A stretch of DNA of 64,000 nucleotides from Bacteroidota bacterium (GTDB taxonomy: Bacteria > Bacteroidota > Bacteroidia > B-17B0 > Aurantibacillaceae), in contig JAYVGH010000036.1 of NCBI GenBank assembly GCA_043772435.1, forward strand, positions 19,375-83,374. Reading direction: 5' to 3'. Positions 59,500-64,000 of this stretch are shown piece by piece. The notes under the pieces were generated by a model. That model was not told the origin of the DNA. It searched no databases and saw only the letters and a list, made by a program, of their open reading frames with translations. The position numbers were made by a program, and so were the translations under genes. Each line of letters starts with the position of its first letter. Positions within the stretch are counted from its first letter, which is position 1.

Positions 59500-59577
59500 C
59501 CTGTGAAGTGAAAGCATATTGAGAAATTTTTGAAACTTTTTTTCAAAAGTATGCTTTTCACAGGTATTTATTTTTTA
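59500..59577 (+). ncRNA. Long imperfect hairpin plus U-tract (terminator or small-RNA candidate)
   Basis: CCTGTGAA/TTCACAGG, AAGCATA/TATGCTT and TTTTGAAA/TTTCAAAA stems, followed by TATTTATTTTTT. Confidence 0.4.
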
Positions 59578-59603
59578 GCTAACTTTAGGATAGTTGTGAT
59601 AAA

Positions 59604-61274
59604 TTATTTAATATTATACCACTGGCTTACACCCGAATTACCGGAAGTAACTTTTATACTTTTAAAAACTATATTTTTTGTCTCAATAACAGAACTTGAC
59701 CCTGATTTTACAAGTAATGTTTTTAGTGTTTGAAATGGTTTTGAAATTTTACCCGAAGGCAAGCCGTAAAATTCAATCTTGTAGCTATCCGCTTCACCAC
59801 CTTCATTAAAAATTTTTACAGATTGTGTATTGTTTTTGTTTATTGCTACGGCAAAATAAAACGGATAAAGCGAACTGCTGTAATACGCCCTATACTGCGC
59901 AAAAATACCAAAAGGGAAAATAGCTAAGCTTTTTGCCTGTAAAAATAAATCCCAAACGGGTTCTTTATTAGCGGTTACTTCTAAAATACGTCCGTTCATG
60001 CCACCGCAAATTAAAATATTTCCATTTGTTAATTGTTCGGCGCTACCATATTTAATGGCTTTACCGGGTATGGTGTCAATATCCAAATCTAATTCCCATG
60101 TTTTTTTAAATACTTCTTTTTTGTTTTGTGGTAATACAATTTTTATAACGTAACTTTTACCTTTTTCGGTTTCTTCGCCATTATTAAATACCAGTACTTC
60201 GTTTGTGCCTATTGGTTTTACATCGTGTTGGCGCGAAAATAAATTTGTTTCATATACTTTTGTATCGCTTTCTGTTAGCTTTTGTCCATACTCCGCAATA
60301 ATTTTTTTTGAGGCCTTATCTATTTTAATAATGCGGTTAAAATCACGGCATCCCAAATACAAGTGTTGCCCGGTAGAGTCGTAACTTACCGAATTGCAAT
60401 GTATCATTACCGATAATTTATTATTTTTAGCTCCGTATTTTTTTAAATGATCTTTAATAAGTAAGGAGTCAAAATACTTCGAGAATTCCCAATGCCAAAT
60501 AAGTTTACCCAGCGAATCAAATTCGAGAATACTACTATTATCGTAGGTATGTGTGGCAGCATCTTTTATATCGAGTTTAAATTTTTCGGTTCTGGCGCCC
60601 AGTGCAATAAAATTGCCATTAGGCAGACGATTAAACACATGATGAAAATTTTCTACTTTTAAAATAGGTTTTAGCATACTCACATTACAATGCCAAATTA
60701 ACTTAAGGTCGCGGGTAAAATAATAAAGTGAGGTATCGTTTGAAAAAGAAAGATTACCATTGTTATACATATGCAAATCAACCATATTTAATGGCGTAAA
60801 TTCTCCTTTATAATTTTTAGGAAATTCCCAAACAACGTTTCCATTTCTATCTAAAGCACAAAAATATTTATCTAACCAAACTATACCATCGGTATATTTT
60901 TGAGGATTATTAATAAATTGTTTTACAGAATAAACTTTCAAATCGCTAAAATCGTTTTTTAATAGCGAAAAATTATACGAAAGCGATGTAGATAATAATT
61001 TACCGCTTTGCGAATATGCCTCTCCTTTCCAAACATATTTTTTACCAAATTCTAAATTTTTAACTAAGGTGCAGGTGTTAGAGTCATTAATGGTAGTATA
61101 ACTAGAGTGCGAACGTGCGTTTAACGAATCGTAAACGTCTATTTGTAATTTATAATAAGCGGCATCGTTTACTTCGTTATATTTAAACATTACTTGGGTA
61201 TAATTAAGCTTAGCACCATCGGGTGGCAAAACCTGAGCAAAAACATTGCTACATAAAAACAATATTATTGCCAA
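59604..61274 (-). CDS. Aryl-sulfate sulfotransferase-like protein
   Basis: HHVFNRLPNGN, HCNSVSYD, FSRQHD, LVFNNG, QYRAY; exported, with N-terminal fn3-like region. Confidence 0.7.
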   Translation of the reverse strand: MAIILFLCSNVFAQVLPPDGAKLNYTQVMFKYNEVNDAAYYKLQIDVYDSLNARSHSSYTTINDSNTCTLVKNLEFGKKYVWKGEAYSQSGKLLSTSLSYNFSLLKNDFSDLKVYSVKQFINNPQKYTDGIVWLDKYFCALDRNGNVVWEFPKNYKGEFTPLNMVDLHMYNNGNLSFSNDTSLYYFTRDLKLIWHCNVSMLKPILKVENFHHVFNRLPNGNFIALGARTEKFKLDIKDAATHTYDNSSILEFDSLGKLIWHWEFSKYFDSLLIKDHLKKYGAKNNKLSVMIHCNSVSYDSTGQHLYLGCRDFNRIIKIDKASKKIIAEYGQKLTESDTKVYETNLFSRQHDVKPIGTNEVLVFNNGEETEKGKSYVIKIVLPQNKKEVFKKTWELDLDIDTIPGKAIKYGSAEQLTNGNILICGGMNGRILEVTANKEPVWDLFLQAKSLAIFPFGIFAQYRAYYSSSLYPFYFAVAINKNNTQSVKIFNEGGEADSYKIEFYGLPSGKISKPFQTLKTLLVKSGSSSVIETKNIVFKSIKVTSGNSGVSQWYNIK

Positions 61275-61329
61275 ATTTTGAGCAACACTTTTAAATGAAG
61301 AAGTTATGTTTAGAAATGAATTAATATTA

Positions 61330-61358
61330 CAAATTTAGTGAGATGTTTTTAATAGCAA
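61330..61358 (-). promoter_or_regulatory. Candidate promoter for the sulfotransferase-like gene
   Basis: TAAATTTG (61330-61337) with TTG 18 nt upstream. Confidence 0.4.
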
Positions 61359-61401
61359 CCTATCTTTTATAAAAAAAGATATTTTTCCATACGCAAGGGT
61401 T

Positions 61402-62100
61402 TTACAAAATCCCCTCATCGGCAAAACTAAAATAATTTCTATCACCAATTATTAAATGGTCAATTAGCTTTACATCAAATACTAATAATGCTCGTTTAAT
61501 TTTTTCGGTAATTGTTTTGTCTTCGTTACTTGGTGTTAAATTTCCGCTTGGATGATTATGCGCTATTACAATGGCACTTGCATTGTTTTCAATAACCGAT
61601 TTACATATTAACCTTACATCTACAACTGTTCCGCTAATGCCACCTTTGCTAATAAACTCGTGTTTTACCAATTGCTTGCGCACATTTAAAATTAGCATCC
61701 AAAATTCTTCGTGAGGCAAATCGCTTAACCGGGCGTTTAAAAATTTATAGGCATCGTTACTTGATTGAATGCTTATTTTTTCATCTACCTCAAAATCATT
61801 GCGCCTTCTGCCCAATTCAAATGCCGCAGCTATGTTAATTGCTTTTACGGTGCCAACGCCTTTGTATTTTTTTAACTCGTTTACACTTAATTTTGCTAAC
61901 TCGTTTATATTGTATTTGTGTTGCGATAATATGTACTGCGCTAATTGCACCGCGGTTTGCGTTTTATTACCCGACCCTAAAATAATTGCTAATAATTCAG
62001 CATCACTTAAATTTTGTTTGCCTAAAGCCAACAATTTTTCTCGTGGGCGGTCATCTTCAGCTAATTCTTTTATGGAGAGATGTTTTATTGTTTCGCTCAT
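61402..62100 (-). CDS. radC: RadC/JAB-domain protein (full-length, with HhH)
   Basis: DDRPREKL, LSDAELLAI, GVGTVKA, HNHPSG, DHLII. Start set at the ATG at 62100. Confidence 0.95.
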   Translation of the reverse strand: MSETIKHLSIKELAEDDRPREKLLALGKQNLSDAELLAIILGSGNKTQTAVQLAQYILSQHKYNINELAKLSVNELKKYKGVGTVKAINIAAAFELGRRRNDFEVDEKISIQSSNDAYKFLNARLSDLPHEEFWMLILNVRKQLVKHEFISKGGISGTVVDVRLICKSVIENNASAIVIAHNHPSGNLTPSNEDKTITEKIKRALLVFDVKLIDHLIIGDRNYFSFADEGIL

Positions 62101-62200
62101 AAATATATTTTGAGGTAAATGTTTAAAAAACAATACTAAAAATTCACTTTATATTATAGTTATGTTTACAAATACAATTAGTAAGTATAAATAAAAAAAT

Positions 62201-62208
62201 TAAATTTG
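62201..62208 (+). promoter_or_regulatory. Candidate -7 box
   Basis: TAAATTTG exact TAnnTTTG match 20 nt upstream of the TTG at 62229. Confidence 0.4.
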
Positions 62209-62228
62209 TTAAATAAAAAAATTATCGA

Positions 62229-64000
62229 TTGAAAAATTTAAAAAAATCTCTTTTAATTTGCTTTTTAGCAATATTCTTAAAAAGTAATGCTAATACTAAA
62301 GCTCCTACTTTATTTGAAGAAAATAAAGGACAATTATCTCAAATTTCGTTAGTCTCGAATAAAGTATTATTTCAGGCAAATTTGCCCAATTTAACCATTT
62401 GGATTACTGAAAAAGGATTAATTTATAATTTTTATCAAGTTGCAAATAATGCTGAAATTTTAAATGCCTCTCCTGTCGAAAAAAGTAAAACTATTCAAAC
62501 TATAGATTGGTTTAGAAGCGAAATGCTTTTAAAAAATGCGGTTATTTCATCTCAAAATTTAATAAAAAAAAATAAAGCTAATTTTACAAATAATTACATT
62601 AGAGGTAAAAATGCAAATCAACTACAAGCTGATTTATATGAAGAATTATATTTTGTAAATGTTTATGAGGGCATAGACTGGCGATTATACATTGAAAACA
62701 ATCAGGTAAAACAAGAGTTTATTGTTAAACCACATGTTAACAGTAATTTAATAAATTTGGAATACGTTAGTACGGGTAGCATTGATGTTAAAGCTGATGA
62801 AATTAAAATATCCAACAAATTAGGTGTTTTTACCGAAGGCAAATTAATTTGTTATCAAACAGATAAAAAAAATAATGTAAAAGCAAAGTACACCTATTCA
62901 AAACAATTTAAAGGCACCGGAAATAACAAAATAAGTTACTATAACGTAAAAATTAAACCCGAAAATTATAATACAAACGAAGTATTAGTAATAGATCCAA
63001 TTTTACAATGGAGTACTTTTTACGGAGGTTCCAGTGACGAGGATTCCCATACCATTTACAGCGATGGAACAAACACTTGGGTAGCGGGGCACTCACAGTC
63101 TTTTAATTTTCCTACCCTTAATCCGGGTTCATCTGCTTTTTATCAAGGGTCAAATGCGGGTGGGTTTGGCGATGTTTTTATTTTAAAATTCAGTTCAACG
63201 GGTGCTTTAATCTGGTCAACTTATTTTGGAGGCAGTTCTAACGAAGAAGGGGTATCTATTTACAGCAACGGTATTAATGTATGGGTAACCGGTTATACGA
63301 GCTCTACAGATTTTCCCTTATTAAATCCGGGCGGTGGTGCGTATTATCAAAGTACAATTGGTGGAAGTTCTGACGGGTTTATTTTAAAATTTAATACATC
63401 TGGGGTATTGCAATGGAGCACCTACTTTGGCGGATTAAATTCTGATATTTTTACAGCTTTGCAATATAAAAATAACGAATTGTATGTTGTAGGTACTAGT
63501 GGCTCATCTAATTTTCCGGTGCTAAATGCCGGTACTTTTTTTCAAAATTATACCAATGCAAATGATGGTGTAATTTTAAAATTTAATTCGGCCAGTAATT
63601 TGGTGTGGAGTACATTTATAGGCGGTACCGGTAACGAATACATCAATACAGTTCAAGCCAATGCTACCCATATATTTATTGGTGGCTATACTAATTCAAG
63701 TAATTTTAACCTTTTAAATGCAGGCAGTTATTATCAAGGTACTTTGGCTGGGGGCTTTGATGGCTTTGTGACTAAATTTGCTTTAAACGGTACATTGGCT
63801 TGGTCTACTTTTTTTGGTGGAAATAATACTGATAAAGTTAATTCACTTACGCTTGATAACAATTCGGTATGGCTTGCAGGCACAACAAGCTCTACAACTT
63901 TACCTGTTTTTAATGCGGGCGGTACTAGTTATTTACAAACCACAAATAGCGGCGTTAGTGAGGGTTTTATAACTAAATTTAATTTGTTTGGGGCATTAAA
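62229..64000 (+). CDS. Large exported SBBP/beta-propeller-repeat protein, partial (runs off right edge; not in ORF track)
   Basis: Manually translated open from TTG 62229 to about 63240: FEENKGQ, NVYEGIDW, FIVKP, LVIDPILQWSTFYGGS. WST(Y/F)(F/I)GG blades recur through to the window end. Confidence 0.88.
   Translation, partial: MKNLKKSLLICFLAIFLKSNANTKAPTLFEENKGQLSQISLVSNKVLFQANLPNLTIWITEKGLIYNFYQVANNAEILNASPVEKSKTIQTIDWFRSEMLLKNAVISSQNLIKKNKANFTNNYIRGKNANQLQADLYEELYFVNVYEGIDWRLYIENNQVKQEFIVKPHVNSNLINLEYVSTGSIDVKADEIKISNKLGVFTEGKLICYQTDKKNNVKAKYTYSKQFKGTGNNKISYYNVKIKPENYNTNEVLVIDPILQWSTFYGGSSDEDSHTIYSDGTNTWVAGHSQSFNFPTLNPGSSAFYQGSNAGGFGDVFILKFSSTGALIWSTYFGGSSNEEGVSIYSNGINVWVTGYTSSTDFPLLNPGGGAYYQSTIGGSSDGFILKFNTSGVLQWSTYFGGLNSDIFTALQYKNNELYVVGTSGSSNFPVLNAGTFFQNYTNANDGVILKFNSASNLVWSTFIGGTGNEYINTVQANATHIFIGGYTNSSNFNLLNAGSYYQGTLAGGFDGFVTKFALNGTLAWSTFFGGNNTDKVNSLTLDNNSVWLAGTTSSTTLPVFNAGGTSYLQTTNSGVSEGFITKFNLFGAL

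Noticed and set aside
59530-59733. 67-aa plus-strand ORF
   Set aside because: It starts inside the hairpin and runs antisense into the sulfotransferase-like gene; no motif.
61402-62100. radC as a marker of a mobile element
   Set aside because: It is the full-length chromosomal form with HhH region; no integrase, transposase or att site is nearby.

Overview
AT-rich Bacteroidota chromosome segment. Evidence for the phylum: UpxY, T9SS C-terminal domains, Reg_prop/Y_Y_Y sensor and TAnnTTTG promoters. Bases 1-37828 are one uninterrupted minus-strand run of 35 CDS forming a surface-glycan locus that continues off the left edge. It encodes Wzc, a wHTH regulator, UpxY, Wzm/Wzt, an MBOAT plus SGNH pair, a Bordetella wbm-like amino-sugar tailoring block, five ATP-dependent amidotransferases, a HisH/HisF-like pair, a heptose-type sugar module and many glycosyltransferases. 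Divergent from it, across a 94-nt gap, is a three-gene exosortase unit: a 68-aa Pro-rich PID-CTERM microprotein, an exosortase and a membrane partner. The right half is mostly housekeeping and envelope genes (glyA, pyrB, cdaA, slyD, rseP, hutU, radC, T9SS cargo, an arylsulfotransferase-like protein). It also holds two direct copies of an unannotated ~190-230 nt element that bracket an OmpA plus sensor-phosphatase pair. Best leads: the exosortase microprotein beside the glycan locus, the operator/promoter/hairpin/ops-like control stack ahead of upxY, the direct-repeat element, and the GmhB-less heptose module with a TagD-type nucleotidyltransferase. I saw no rRNA, tRNA, CRISPR array or transposase. 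All calls come from motif reading by eye; no database searches were run.
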